A stretch of DNA of 64,000 bases from Macrostomum lignano. Taxonomy: Eukaryota. Each line of letters begins with the position of its first letter. Positions within the stretch are counted from its first letter, which is position 1. This document shows positions 28,004-49,258 of the stretch, piece by piece. The stretch is from NCBI GenBank assembly GCA_002269645.1, contig NIVC01000290.1, positions 16,286-80,285 of the forward strand, read 5' to 3'. Below the pieces are notes generated by a model that saw nothing but the letters and a program-made list of their open reading frames with translations, was not told the origin of the DNA and searched no databases. The position numbers and the translations under genes were made by a program.

Positions 28004-29514
28004 CTACTGTTCAACAGCATTGGCAGTAGTATGCAGCAGTTTCTGTTTGCTTTGCCGACGCTGCCGGTGCCCGATCGCTGAATCCGCGGCGCCGTAGTAG
28101 GCCTCGGCCACGTGATCTCGCAGGCTGTCCAGAGCGCGAGCCGCCTCGGCCGGCCGCCAGACGGGCTCGGCGACTCCCTGGCCGCAGCCACCGCTGGCCG
28201 AGCCGCAGCGCCGGGTGTACAACTTCAGCCAGATCTGCCCAGTGTTCGTGGCGTCGTTCTTGTAGATCCAGAAAACCGCGTGGCCGGTGGCCTTCGAGCT
28301 GTTGCCGCAGGTCTGCAACGATTTACGAGCGTAAATTTAATTTGCTGTGTATACTACTCTTCAATTATTAGTAGTAGCTAATACATTGTGTGCGTAAATT
28401 CCTTATTTTGTCAGAGCTATGCTTAGAAATCGACTTGGAGAATTTTAATTGCGCAATGGCACGCAATATTGGAAGCTGTGGTGCTGAAAATTCGCTAAAA
28501 TGCAGAACCACCCTCCACCCCCTTCGGTCATACATGCGCAACCTCTCCCTGATTTACACCGGCCGTGCGACTTAATTTTTGACCAAAAATGCGACAATTG
28601 ACTATAGAGGAATTAACGTAATTTTTGGTAAACGGCAAGAGTAACTATAATAACTGCATTACTAACCCTAAATGCCTTGATATCTAATTAGTATTTTTGC
28701 GACTTACCTTGGCTAGACCTCTCGCCAATCGGCCGGGTCGTGTATGCCCTTGGGTCTTTACGCTGGAGAATCCCCCCCCTCAACAAATTTCTGGTGGGCC
28801 GGACTGACTCGCAAAAGGCACTCTATAACGTTATGCCCGCTAGAAAGTGGGCGATTGAATGCGGTAAGATCTGAGCAAGTTGATCAGCGCGGGTTGTCAA
28901 CTCACCCTGCAGACGAACTGCACATCAGCCGATTGGTCCTGCCTGTAGCGCCACACGTTCCTGGCCACGCCGCTGTTGTGCAGGTCCGGCGGCTCCGACA
29001 CGATCTGCAGGTGCCAGGAGCCGCTGGAGAAGCTGCTGAATGCTGTCAGGAATTTGTCTCGCCAGGCTGCCAAATCTAACTGCGGCTGCTGCGGCATGAC
29101 TGCCGGTGTGGCTGGGTAGGCTGCCTGCTGGAACTGTGGCGGGTGCTGCAGCACCGGCGAGTATTGCAGCTGGTACTGCGGCGGGTACTGCAGTGGCGAG
29201 TACTGCGGTGGCGAGTACTGCAGCTGGTAGTGCTGGGGCTGGTAGGGGCTCGGCTGCTGGTAGATTGCGGGTGGTGCGCTGCTGGCGCTGCCAGGCGGAG
29301 AGCTGCCAGGATAAGAGCCCGAGGCGTCGCTGTCGTAGCCTCTGTCAAATCGGCCGGACGAATTCGGCGATATCATCACCGGGGTGAACTGCAGGAAGCC
29401 TGCTGGGGCTCGGCTGGACTCAAATGATGCAGTTGATGGCGCCATCTGCTGACAGTTAACGAATAGCTGTTGTTGTGGCGGTAGGTGCGCTAGCATTTTG
29501 CCTGTATTGTGCAT
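28004..29514 (-). CDS. 3CxxC-type (ZAR1/RTP-like) zinc-finger protein with Q/P/Y-rich low-complexity N-terminus; exons 29514-28906 and 28312-28004; 305 aa
   Basis: Spliced VWRYRQDQSADVQFVCR|TCGN..AVFW..GQIWLKLYTRRC..CG..EPVW..ALDSLRDHVAEAYYG follows the zf-3CxxC pattern. The CxxC motif forms exactly across the phase-0 intron 28313..28905. Confidence 0.75.
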
Positions 29515-31221
29515 TGGAATTGAAACAGCTTTGAATGCGAAGTCAGATTATAAATTCTTGCTTGGACCTGCTTTGTTTAGATCGCGGCGTCTCCCACGTT
29601 CTCGTATTTATACTGGCTAGCAACTTGGAACGAAAGGAGGGGGAATCCATGGTATATCCAACGGCCGCCTGCCCCTTGCAAGCAACGTATTACCGACGCA
29701 ATGGGAGATCCATGACTCACAGCTAAAAATAGATCAGTCCGGCGCGGCCTCAACACGCTGAAAAGCCTTCCCCCCGAGGTTTTGTACGCGTGTTCTAAAA
29801 ATAGCCCGGCTGAACAGAATGAGGGCCAATGTACATTTATCATCATTTATCTGTCTAACCGCCGACGCGAATGCCACGCTGGCGGGGCCCAGTTAGTCAG
29901 CCATGAATGAATGTGACGAAATAGTAATACGTGGCCCAACGAGTGAAATGCAACTGCATGCAGAGCTCACTGGCGCAATTTGAACTTTGCTTGATAAACG
30001 GCAATCAAAATCCAAATTCCAAACTCCACACGGTGCAGCAGCCAAAAGTTTGTCTAATCTAATGTTCAATTTAATGTCATTATTCAGCTAGTTACGTGCC
30101 AAATGTGCCATTGTAAAAAATAGTTCCGTATTTTGTCCACATGTGACAGACAGACAGAGTGTCGTCATTTCCTTGTTTTCCACAGGCAGTACCGCAAATA
30201 GAAACGCAGAAAAAGCTTATTTTGCTTTGACATCAAATGAAAGTTCCGCGTGTTTCGTAAATTCCGAGTAATTTAACTTGCCTATAGCTGATTAGGAGTT
30301 TTTGGAACGGAGCCAAGTTTTAGGCTTTTAGCCAAGGGAATAGTTTAGCATCGCAAAGCGTTTTGTTTTCAAAATTGTCGATGCATTTTTTTTGGGGGGG
30401 GGGCTTCATAGGACCGAAATTTCACAACACCGAAAATTCTGCACGGTCCAATTGTTGTATTAAATTTTCTACGATGTGAACTTTCGGTCTTATAAAAGCG
30501 ACCCAATTTCGGTAGTAGAGTATTCCAATATACAGTGTACCAATTACCTGCTGCCAACAATTTCAGTCAGTCAATCGGTCCAAATAGATTTCAGCAGATT
30601 AATTGAGGTCTGTAAGTAATTTGTCAAATTTCCTGACTATTTCTAAAGCAATATTATTTATTGTCGACCAAAAAACGCATGAAGCAGATGTGCTCCGCTC
30701 TACTAAGAGTAGGGCAAATCGGTTTTGACTAACTAAGTGCAGTTGTAAAATTGGAGATGTTGCTTCTCAATTACTCGCCACATGCAGCTGAATGTCAATG
30801 GGGAAATGTGCCGCAGCAGCAGTATTTTAACAAACTATAAGTTATTTTTTTAATCGTCTCGTTTCTATAGGAACTAATTTTTTGAGTTGCGAAAGGTTAA
30901 ACTGTTTCAATTATGTCTTCAACACTACGACAAGATCGGTGCTGCGAAATAAAAGCATTAAATGTAAATGCGTACTAAAGATAGAATGTGCCTAAGTACA
31001 TGCATGCCGTCAGTACAGTCAGTTCATTTTGTGTTTTGTTCGGTCGTCCAGACTCCAAACCGCCAGCCCAGACCGCAGACGTACGGACAGGCGTCTGTCA
31101 GTAGCAGTAGCGGCGGCAACAGGAGGACCGACACGACTGACAGGAGGAGAGCTGCATGCATGACTCCGTCTGATCGAGGCGGAAGTGCACGACTTTTTTG
31201 AGGGCTTTACAGGGTTCGCTG

Positions 31222-32368
31222 AGTCACTGGGTGCTCTTTATTGGCTCACTGGGTGTTCCTTATTGGCTCACTGAGTGTTCCCTATTGGGTCACTGGGTGT
31301 TCCCTATTGGGTCACTGAGTGTTCCCTATTGGCTCACTGGGTGTTCCTTATTGAGTCAATGGGTGTTCCTTATTGGGTCACTGCGTGTTCCTTATTGGGT
31401 CACTGCGTGTTCCTTATTGGGTCACTGAGTGTTCCCTATTGGGTCACTGAGTGTTCCCTATTGGGTCACTGGGTGTTCCCTATTGGGTCACTGAGTGTTC
31501 CCTATTGGCTCACTGGGTGTTCCTTATTGAGTCAATGGGTGTTCCTTATTGGGTCACTGCGTGTTCCTTATTGGGTCACTGCGTGTTCCTTATTGGGTCA
31601 CTGAGTGTTCCCTATTGGCTCACTGGGTGTTCCTTATTGAGTCAATGGGTGTTCCTTATTGGGTCACTGCGTGTTCCTTATTGGGTCACTGCGTGTTCCT
31701 TATTGGGTCACTGAGTGTTCCCTATTGGGTCACTGAGTGTTCCCTATTGGCTCACTGGGTGTTCCTTATTGAGTCAATGGGTGTTCCTTATTGGGTCACT
31801 GCGTGTTCCTTATTGGGTCACTGCGTGTTCCTTATTGGGTCACTGAGTGTTCCCTATTGGCTCACTGGGTGTTCCTTATTGAGTCAATGGGTGTTCCTTA
31901 TTGGGTCACTGCGTGTTCCTTATTGGGTCACTGCGTGTTCCTTATTGGGTCACTGGGTGTTGCTTATTGGGTCACTGGGTGTTCCTTATTGGGTCACTGG
32001 GTGTTCCTTATTGAGTCAATGGGTGTTCCTTATTGGGTCACTGCGTGTTCCTTATTGGGTCACTGGGTGTTCCTTATTGGGTCACTGGGTGTTCCTTATT
32101 GAGTCAATGGGTGTTCCTTATTGGGTCACTGCGTGTTCCCTATTGGGTCACTGGGTGTTCCCTATTGGGTCACTGGGTGTTCCCTATTGGGTCACTGGGT
32201 GTTCCCTATTGGGTCACTGGGTGTTCCCTATTGAGTCACTGGGTATTTCTTATTGGGTCACTGGGTGTTCCCTATTGGGTCACTGGGTGTTCCCTATTGG
32301 GTCACTGGGTATTTCTTATTGGGTCACTGCGTGTTCCTTATTGGGTCACTGGGTTCCTTATTGGGTCA
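31222..32368. repeat. 22-bp minisatellite (GGTCACTGGGTGTTCCCTATTG)n
   Basis: Read directly; variant units recur in higher-order blocks. Confidence 0.95.
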
Positions 32369-32999
32369 TTCTTAGAAAAGCTTTCATACTCAGCAATTTG
32401 CCTGTCAGGCAAAGAATTTTGTTCTGTTATTGTGAAAACTAAATCAATTCCAAGTTCCATTTTTTCGGAAAATGTCCTGATTTAATACTTTTACCAGTAT
32501 GAGCACATTTGGTGCGGCAATATCCTCGGGTAAGCTGCAAGTAGTGTGTTGCGCTTAGAGAGCGCGTGACTGCTAAATTTATTTTCAGGCAAAGCAAAAA
32601 TGCGAGCAGCCGGCTGTGAGGCGGGGCTGATGGCTCATGGAATTTGGGCAGGCGTGCGTGTCGGTGAACATCAAAGACTCCGCATCTGCAGAGGGCTGAA
32701 GTCACTCGCGTGCGGCAATTCCATTATTCGTTTAGGGGCCTAGAAAGAGATCACGTGACCTCCGCTAAAAAAACAATCGCTAATCAAAGCAGAGGCTAAA
32801 AGCTGCTATTTACTGCTAAAAAGTTGAGGCGATTTGGTTAAGAACTCACAACCTGCTGGGCCCGTCAGCTCTGCATGGCCTCCACGTGCCCGTCGCAAAA
32901 TCAAGGCGACCCAGCGAGCAGGCCAGCCATTCCCCTGACCCTGAACAGGCGCTCACACAGGGTGTACAGTGACCCTGACTTTCTCATAGTTGGTCAACC

Positions 33000-33378
33000 G
33001 TGTACACACACTGTACACTGTACACACTGTGCACTGTACACACACTGTGCACTGTACACACACTGTGCACTGTACACACACTGTGCACTGTACACACTGT
33101 GCACTGTACACACACTGTGCACTGTACACACACTGTGCACTGTACACACTGTGCACTGTACACACACTGTGCACTGTACACACACTGTGCACTGTACAAA
33201 CACTGTGCACTGTACAAACACTGTGCACTGTACACACACTGTGCACTGTACACACACTGTGCACTGTACACACACTGTGCACTGTACACACACTGTGCAC
33301 TGTACACACACTGTGCACTGTACAAACACTGTGCACTGTACACACACTGTGCACTGTACACATACTGTGCACTGAGCA
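33000..33378. repeat. 16-18-bp minisatellite (CACTGTGCACTGTACACA)n containing GTGCAC and TGTACA palindromes
   Basis: Read directly. Confidence 0.95.
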
Positions 33379-33736
33379 CACCAAACCAGTGGGCCGCGCA
33401 CCCGGAATCGAACCTTGGGTAAATTCGATAGCTTGAGAATCGGCCCTTGATTTTGGTCCCGCAGGGATACAATTTGTCCTGTTTGCTTTCATCTCAGAAA
33501 GGTGCACAAAGTTGATGATAAAAAAGAAGAAACGATTCGGACCGTGCGTATTTGGAAACATCTACATGTATGCCTGTTAATTTATACGGTTGGGAAAGTA
33601 GCGAAAATGGATAACTCTGTGGTGCATGGGCTGTAGGTGTGAAATATTCATTGTGGCTGGGCTGGCCTGATTCTCGGAATTCCCGGCAGTCAGGGAATCC
33701 ACTCAAGTCTATAAATAGAAACGGAGCTTGGGATTT

Positions 33737-36700
33737 TCAGCTGCCCGCATTCTGCGGCCGCCTCCGCCGGCGTCGCCGCCTCCGCAGCAGCCGGGCGATG
33801 GCGTGCCGGAAGTCCTGATTGAAGACGGTGTACAGCACCGGGTTCAGCGCGCTGTTCGCGTAGCCCAGCCAGATGGCCAAGAACTGGACAGCCTCCAGCA
33901 CCGCAGACGGCGGCTGGTCGCCGCCCGACGATTCGTTGCTGGTGACGCCGCGGACTAGGTACATCAGCGTGAAGGGCATCCAGCAGACGATAAACACCAC
34001 GACGATGGCCAGCATGCGCTGGGTAGCCCGCTGCTCCCGGAGGTCCGCTCGGCGAGGTCCCCGACGGTTAAGCGATAGCGGCTCGGCTGCCGTGGCGGCC
34101 TCGTGCGCCTCCTCCTCCAGCTGTGGCGCCACCGCCGCCGCCGCCGCCGCCGTGGGGTTCTCCAGAACGCAGGGCTCGTCGCCGGCCTCCGCGGCAGCTT
34201 CGCCATCGTCGTCAGCGACTGCTTCCTCGGTGGCGCTGCGGTTGTCGGCGATGGTTGGCGCCGGCAGCACCGTGGCCAGGTCGAGCTCGCGGTCGAACCA
34301 GACGCCGCTGGGCTGGTTCAGCTGCCGGTGCTGCTGCAGTCGGCGCTTGCGCAGGCAGCGAGCCCGCCGGCGCAGCAGGTGGAAGATCCGGGCGTACAGC
34401 ACAACTAGGATGAGCAGCGGCAGGATGAAGCTGCCAGTTGCCGAGTAGATCACGTAGTTCGTCTCCTTAAACAGGTCGCAGGTGACGCGGCCGTCCCAGC
34501 TGGAGTTGGCGGCTCGCACCGGCACCAGAGAGCGGCCGAGCTTGGCCGCCGGGTCAACGAACTCGCGGCCGTCCCAGCCGATGAGTGGCGGCAGGCAGAT
34601 GAGGCAGCTCAGCAGCCACACCAGAACCGAGTAGGCGACCGCCCGGCAGCGGTGCTGCTTCTCGCGGTACCACAGCGGGCAGACGGTGGCTGTAAACCGG
34701 TCGAAGGCGATGGCCACGAGGCTCCACACGGAGGCGGTGCAGTAGAGCACATCCAGGCTGAGCCACAGGTTGCACAGCACCGGGCCGAACTGCCAGTGGC
34801 CTGCGGTGGGCAATGCGGAGTGACGTCACTTTCGGTGAGGAATGCGGAATGACGTCACTTTCGGTGAGGAATGCGGAATGACGTCACTTTCGATGAGGAA
34901 TGCGGAATGACGTCATCACTTTCGGTGAGGAATGCGGAGTGACGTCACTTTGGGTCAGGAATGCGGAATGACGCCACTGGGTGAGAAGTGCATAGCGTCG
35001 AGAAATACAAAGCAATTCACATTGACGTCCATTGACGGTTAGGTTAGGAATTTTTGTGCCATGACTGCTGCCGAAGCATACATAGTGACATCACTACAGG
35101 TGAACTCCATCTCGCTCCTTTCCCTTTCGTTTATTCAACACCGTAGAGTTTCAGCTTAACAGTTGCAGTCCCGTGAATATGGCTGGCTGCCTCAGCTTGC
35201 GAAAATCTTCCTATTATCTCTTTGCACTTTTATGGGACTATTCTTTGAGTAAACCACTTTGAGTAAAGCCGCTCATTTGCATTCCAGTTTCTGATTGGAT
35301 TCTGCCATAGTTTGTGTTTTATCCCGTTTTATCCCAAATCTGCATTTCCTAAAAGTTGTGAAAGTGCGACGCTTTGGGTCTGCGCCTGCCCTCCTTTGAT
35401 GCATATGCGATCCCCACCCGGACACTGTCCCACCGACAGTTGCTCCCCCACCCGGACACTGTCCCACCGACAGTTGCTCCCCCACCCGGACACTTTCCCA
35501 CCGGCACTGATCCCCACCCGGACACTGTCCCACCGGCATTGATTTCCACCCGGACACTGTCCCACCGGCACTGATCCCCACCCGGACACTGTCCCACAGG
35601 CACTGATCCCCACCCGGACACTGTCCCACCGGCACTAATCCCCACCCGGACACTGTCCCACAGGCACTGATCCCCACCCGGACACTGTCCCACCGGCACT
35701 GATCCCCACCCGGACACTGCCCCACCGGCACTGATCCCCACCCGGACACTGTCCCACCGGCACTGATCCCCACCCGGACACTGTCCCACCGGCACTGATC
35801 CCCACCCGGACACTGTCCCAACGGCACTGATCCCCACCCGGACACTGTCCTTCCGGCACTGATCCCCACCCGGACACTGTCCCACAGGCACTGATCCCCA
35901 CCCGGACACTGTCCCACCGGCACTGATCCCCACCCGGACACTGTCCCACAGGCACTGATCCCCACCCGGACACTGTCCCACCGGCACTAATCCCCACCCG
36001 GACACTGTCCCACAGGCACTGATCCCCACCCGGACACTGTCCCACCGGCACTGATCCCCACCCGGACACTGCCCCACAGGCACTGATCCCCACCCGGACA
36101 CTGTCCCACCGGCACTGATCCCCACCCGGACACTGTCCCACCGGCACTGATCCCCACCCGGACACTGTCCCAACGGCACTGATCCCCACCCGGACACTGT
36201 CCTTCCGGCACTGATCCCCACCCGGACACTGTCCCAACGGCACTGATCCCCACCCGGACACTGTCCTTCCGGCACTGATCCCCACCCGGACACTGTCCCA
36301 CCGGCACTGATCCCCACCCGGACACTGTCCCACAGGCACTGATCCCCACCCGGACACTGTCCCACCGGCACTGATCCCCACCCGGACACTGTCCCACCGG
36401 CACTGATCCCCACCCGGACACTGTCCCACAGGCACTGATCCCCACCCGGACACTGTCCCACCGGCACTGATCCCCACCCGGACACTGTCCCACCGACAGT
36501 TGCTCCCCCACCCGGACACTGTCTCACCGGCACTGATCCCCACCCGGACACTGTCCCACCGGCACTGATCCCCACCCGGACACTGTCCCACCGGCACTGA
36601 TCCCCACCCGGACACTGCCCCACAGGCACTGATCCCCACCCGGACACTGTCCCACCGGCACTGATCCCCACCCGGACACTGTCCCACCGGCACTGATCCC

Positions 36701-39700
36701 CACCCGGACACTGTCCCAACGGCACTGATCCCCACCCGGACACTGTCCTTCCGGCACTGATCCCCACCCGGACACTGTCCCAACGGCACTGATCCCCACC
36801 CGGACACTGTCCTTCCGGCACTGATCCCCACCCGGACACTGTCCCACCGGCACTGATCCCCACCCGGACACTGTCCCACAGGCACTGATCCCCACCCGGA
36901 CACTGTCCCACCGGCACTGATCCCCACCCGGACACTGTCCCACCGGCACTGATCCCCACCCGGACACTGTCCCACAGGCACTGATCCCCACCCGGACACT
37001 GTCCCACCGGCACTGATCCCCACCCGGACACTGTCCCACCGACAGTTGCTCCCCCACCCGGACACTGTCTCACCGGCACTGATCCCCACCCGGACACTGT
37101 CCCACCGGCACTGATCCCCACCCGGACACTGTCCCACAGGCACTGATCCCCACCCGGACACTGTCCCACCGGCACTGATCCCCACCCGGACACTTTCCCA
37201 CCGGCACTGATCCCCACCCGGACACAATCATCCCCGCACAGAAAGGCGGCCCTTCAGGCCTTGCAGCGGCCGGACAGGAGCTGAAAAGCCCGCAGCAGCC
37301 TCTCCCGCCGCACAGGGCAGGTCAGCGGGCCGCCCCAGCTGAGCAGTCTCAGACCGCAATTGACTGTGACAGTTTTATTGCCCCACCCACCGCCTCGTCT
37401 GGCCAGCCTCATCTTCGCGGCTCCATCAACTTGGCCAGCATCCTCGCAGCTACGAATTTCAAGTCTTTCTGCATCTTCCCAGCATCCCACCGGCCTCATC
37501 CCCGGTTGCGGATTCGCACAGCTCTGGGGAGGACTTTAATCGCAAGAGCTGCTGCAGAAAAGATTGATGACCGCCGGGTCAGATCAGGCTGAGCTCGAGA
37601 GTCCTGAGAATTTGCATTTTATTTAGAGATGAAAAATGAGCGAGATGGAAAGTTTTCAAATTTCGCAGGAAGCAGTGCTGGAAATGCTATTTTTGTCCCA
37701 CGGCAGAATTATTTTTTGTTTGAGAGAAAATGTGACATAATTCGTATTGAAATCATCCGAATAAATAATAACCGAACATTCCCGAACGCTAAAATTACCC
37801 AAATCAAATAATTCCCCAAGCCAAAAATTCCTCTTCGAATGCTGTCCCCTTCGAATGCTGTCCCCTTCGAATGCTATCCCCTTCGAATGCTGTCCCCTTC
37901 GAATGCTGTCCCCTTCGAATGCTGTCCCCTTCGAATGCTATCCCCTTCGAATGCTGTCCCCTTCGAATGCTGTCCCCTTCGAATGCTATCCCCTTCGAAT
38001 GCTGTCCCCTTCGAATGCTGTTCCCTTCGAATGCTGTTCCCTTCGAATGCTGTCCCCTTCGAATGCTGTCCCCTTCGAATGCTGTTCCCTTCGAATGCTG
38101 TTCCCTTCGAATGCTGTCCCTTAAGTGCCGTCTGACATCCCGGCCAGGAATCCCAGCCACTCGCCCCCGGCCCAATTTGCATAAGTCCGTTGGGCAGCGC
38201 TCCCACGGGGAGCCGGGAGGTGAGGGCGGCAGCTGGGGGGGGGGCAATCAGGCGGGTCAGCGCGGGTCGGAGGGCCGCCAGCCGTGGGGAACACAAAATC
38301 TGCGGCCATCCGGCCAGCCCGGACACTTTCCCCGGCCACTTCTTTAACTCGGCCTTCTGTGGTCAAAATATCCCGAGCATTGGCGCGACCGCTTCCAACC
38401 AATTTGGGCCGCCTATTTCTGGCCAGCCCTCTGAACAACTTCGAATTTGAGCAGCTCTGCTTTTGGGACATGTTTTACCGAAGTGGCGCTTCCGGTTCTC
38501 GGAGGGCTCCGCCATCTCGGCTGAGCAAACTCACAGCAAGGATTAGCGGCGCTGGGATCAGACTGGGGATGAGCGAAATGGCCTCACAAACTTTTATTGC
38601 TCATCATCTACTCAGCTGCAGACTGGCAGCTGCGGACTCAGCTGATCGCTGCTCACGCCTGATCCGGACTTTGATGGGGCTCCTCAGGATCACTGAGTCC
38701 CCACCTCATCTCTGCTCAGCTTACTTTCTGTCTGGCTCACCCTCCTCTCCATCTACTCTCTGCCTGTCTCACCCTCCTCTCTATCTACTCTCTGCCTGTC
38801 TCACCCTCCTCTCCATCTACTCTCTGCCTGTCTCACCCTCCTCTCTATCTACTCTCTGCCTGTCTCACCCTTTTCTCCATCTATTCTCTGCCTGTCTCAC
38901 CCTCCTCTCCATCTACTCTCTGCCTGTCTCCACCTCCTCTCCATCTACTCTCTACCTGTCTCACCCTCCTCTCCATCTACTCTCTACCTGTCTCATCCTC
39001 CTCTCCATCTACTCTAATTTCTGCCTGTCTCACCCTCCTCTCCATCTACTCTACTTTCTGCCTGTCTCACCCTCCTCTCCATCTACTCTCTACCTGTCTC
39101 ACCCTCCTCTCCATCTACTCTCTACCTGTCTCATCCTCCTCTTCATCTAATCTCTGCCTGTCTCACCCTTTTCTCCATCTATTCTCTGCCTGTCTCACCC
39201 TCCTCTCCATCTACTCTCTGTCTGTCTCACCCACCCCGCGATCTACTCTCCGCTTGTCTCATATCTCACTCCCTTCAATATACTCTGTTCTAATCTTCTC
39301 GTCTCCTTCACCCACCCTCTCCCTGTCTCACCCACTACTCCATCCACGCACACAATCCAGTCTGGTTCATTTCAGGTCAAACCGATTGCCGCAGGCGGTG
39401 TTTGCTCAGGCGGCTGCGCACTTCTTTGAGTGGGCGGAAATACGACTCAGGGAATGTTCTTGGTGTAAGGAACGAGATTCGAAGACGGCGCTGGGTCTTA
39501 GAGACATCGAAATGTTTTATAGTACAGTGCTACATTTGAATAATTTGTCAAAGTACGACAGCTGGGTGTGGAATTCACGATGGCCCTGAGCACTCACTCA
39601 CTCACACACTCACTCATTCACTCAGTCACTCATTCACTCACTCACTCATTCACTCACTCACCCATCACGGCATTCACAGAGGACAATGGCAGCACAGTGA

Positions 39701-39902
39701 GCGCCAGCAGGAAGTCGCTGATCGCCAGGTTGCCAATCAGCAGGTTGGGGGCGCTGCGCAGCTGCCGGTAGCTCAGCAGCGCCAGCAGCACGAGGCCGTT
39801 GCCAAGCAGAGTCCAGAGAGTCAGGCAGCTCAGCAGAGCGGACAGCAGCAGCTTGAGGGCCAGCGGCCAGGAGTCGTTGGGCACCGCAGAGTCCTCGGTC
39901 AT
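33737..39902 (-). CDS. Rhodopsin-family biogenic-amine GPCR (tyramine/octopamine/alpha2-like); exons 39902-39662 and 34800-33737; 434 aa
   Basis: TM1 LLGNGLV; TM2 NLAISDFLL; TM3 WLSLDVLYCTASVWSLVAIAFDRF (Asp3.32); TM5 YSATGSFILPL; TM6 CWMPF; TM7 WLGYANSALNPVLYT. Phase-1 intron 34801..39661. The ligand cannot be determined by eye. Confidence 0.92.
34811..34977. repeat. 29-bp tandem repeat carrying TGACGTCA, ~6 copies
   Basis: TGACGTCA at 34821, 34850, 34879, 34908 and 34940; variant TGACGCCA at 34969. Confidence 0.93.
35409..37225. repeat. 32-bp minisatellite (CCCCACCCGGACACTGTCCCACCGGCACTGAT)n, ~56 copies, with higher-order duplication
   Basis: Read directly; variant blocks recur at ~540-bp spacing. 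Confidence 0.96.
37834..38121. repeat. 16-bp minisatellite (CTTCGAATGCTGTCCC)n
   Basis: Read directly. Confidence 0.95.
38720..39235. repeat. ~30-bp pyrimidine-rich minisatellite (CTCTGCCTGTCTCACCCTCCTCTCCATCTA)n
   Basis: Read directly. Confidence 0.9.
39592..39661. repeat. (CACT)n / (GTGA)n microsatellite starting at the GPCR exon-1 donor
   Basis: Minus strand reads G|GTGAGTGAGTGAATGAGTGAGT... Confidence 0.92.
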
Positions 39903-40399
39903 CCTGCTGTACTGGACTTTGGGCTCCGTCTCCGCAAGCAGATCGCCCGGCCACTGGTGCGGCCTGCTGCCCTTTTCAACGCTTCTAGAAGTCCGGTAGA
40001 GTTGTTGCTGCGGGGCGTTGCTGGGTGACGGACGCGCCCGAATACTAATAGCCGGCCTGTCTTGCCTGGCTGCCCGCAGCTCCGCTTTCCTCCGACACTG
40101 AATGGATTGCGGTTTCTACTAGGGTGCAGCAACTACACAAATTGCACAAGCTGTGCAGCAACTGTGAGCGAAGCAGGAAATACCGACGGAGGAGGGCGCG
40201 CTTCCATCTTCGTTCTGGCCGGGTCCGGCTTGAGAGCCTGCGGCGGAGAGCCGCCTGAAATTTGGCGGCAGGCGGGGTGGCCGCCCGAATTCCGGAGCCC
40301 CCATTGGGCGGAGCAGAAACTGGGGTGGCGCCTCTCACCGCCTCTGCACTGCTTTTCTGCCGGTGTGTCTGCATTTCTGTCCATAACAGCATGCCTTCC

Positions 40400-40698
<299 letters not shown>

Positions 40699-41286
40699 TG
40701 CTGCAGGGCGCTAGACAAAATTTTATCTCATCATTTGCTTCATTTTGCAAGAAATCAAAATCCCGCGGACTTCTCGGTTCAAAAATTTTAATTAACAATA
40801 AGAACTACTCATTTTTTATACTCAGAGTCACTGAAATTGAAAAAAAACACGATCCTGAGCTCCAATTAAGGTATCCAAAAAGTCTCTGCAAGCTTAAAAG
40901 GAAAAAATTTAAATTGAGGCGCGGAAGCCCGCAGCTCTCGGGCGCTTCGGATCGGCTGGTCATCCTCAGATTAGCAAATTCCAGCTGCTCCTCATTAAGG
41001 TGAGTGCATTACAGGTGAGGCCACATTACAGGTGAGTGCAGCGGTTCTTGTGAGCTGCACTGATATTATCGCTATTTTTTCAATTGTCTACTCTTAGTAG
41101 GATTGATAAGGAGCAATCGGTTTATATTTGCTGTCTCGTGCAAGCAACTGTTTAAAATTCTTTGAAATATATTTATTCCATCGCTAAATTCAATCTGCAT
41201 CTGATTTTAATGTGCGAAAAGCAAGCGGAGAGTGCGAAGTGCTGATGTAAAATTCAGGGTGCAGTGGAGCTGGTATGCAGAACAGG

Positions 41287-42240
<954 letters not shown>

Positions 42241-42244
42241 GGTG

Positions 42245-49258
<7,014 letters not shown>

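Noticed and set aside
31198-37227. ORFs of 100-622 aa in the 22-, 18- and 32-bp arrays
   Set aside because: Open in several frames purely because of unit periodicity.
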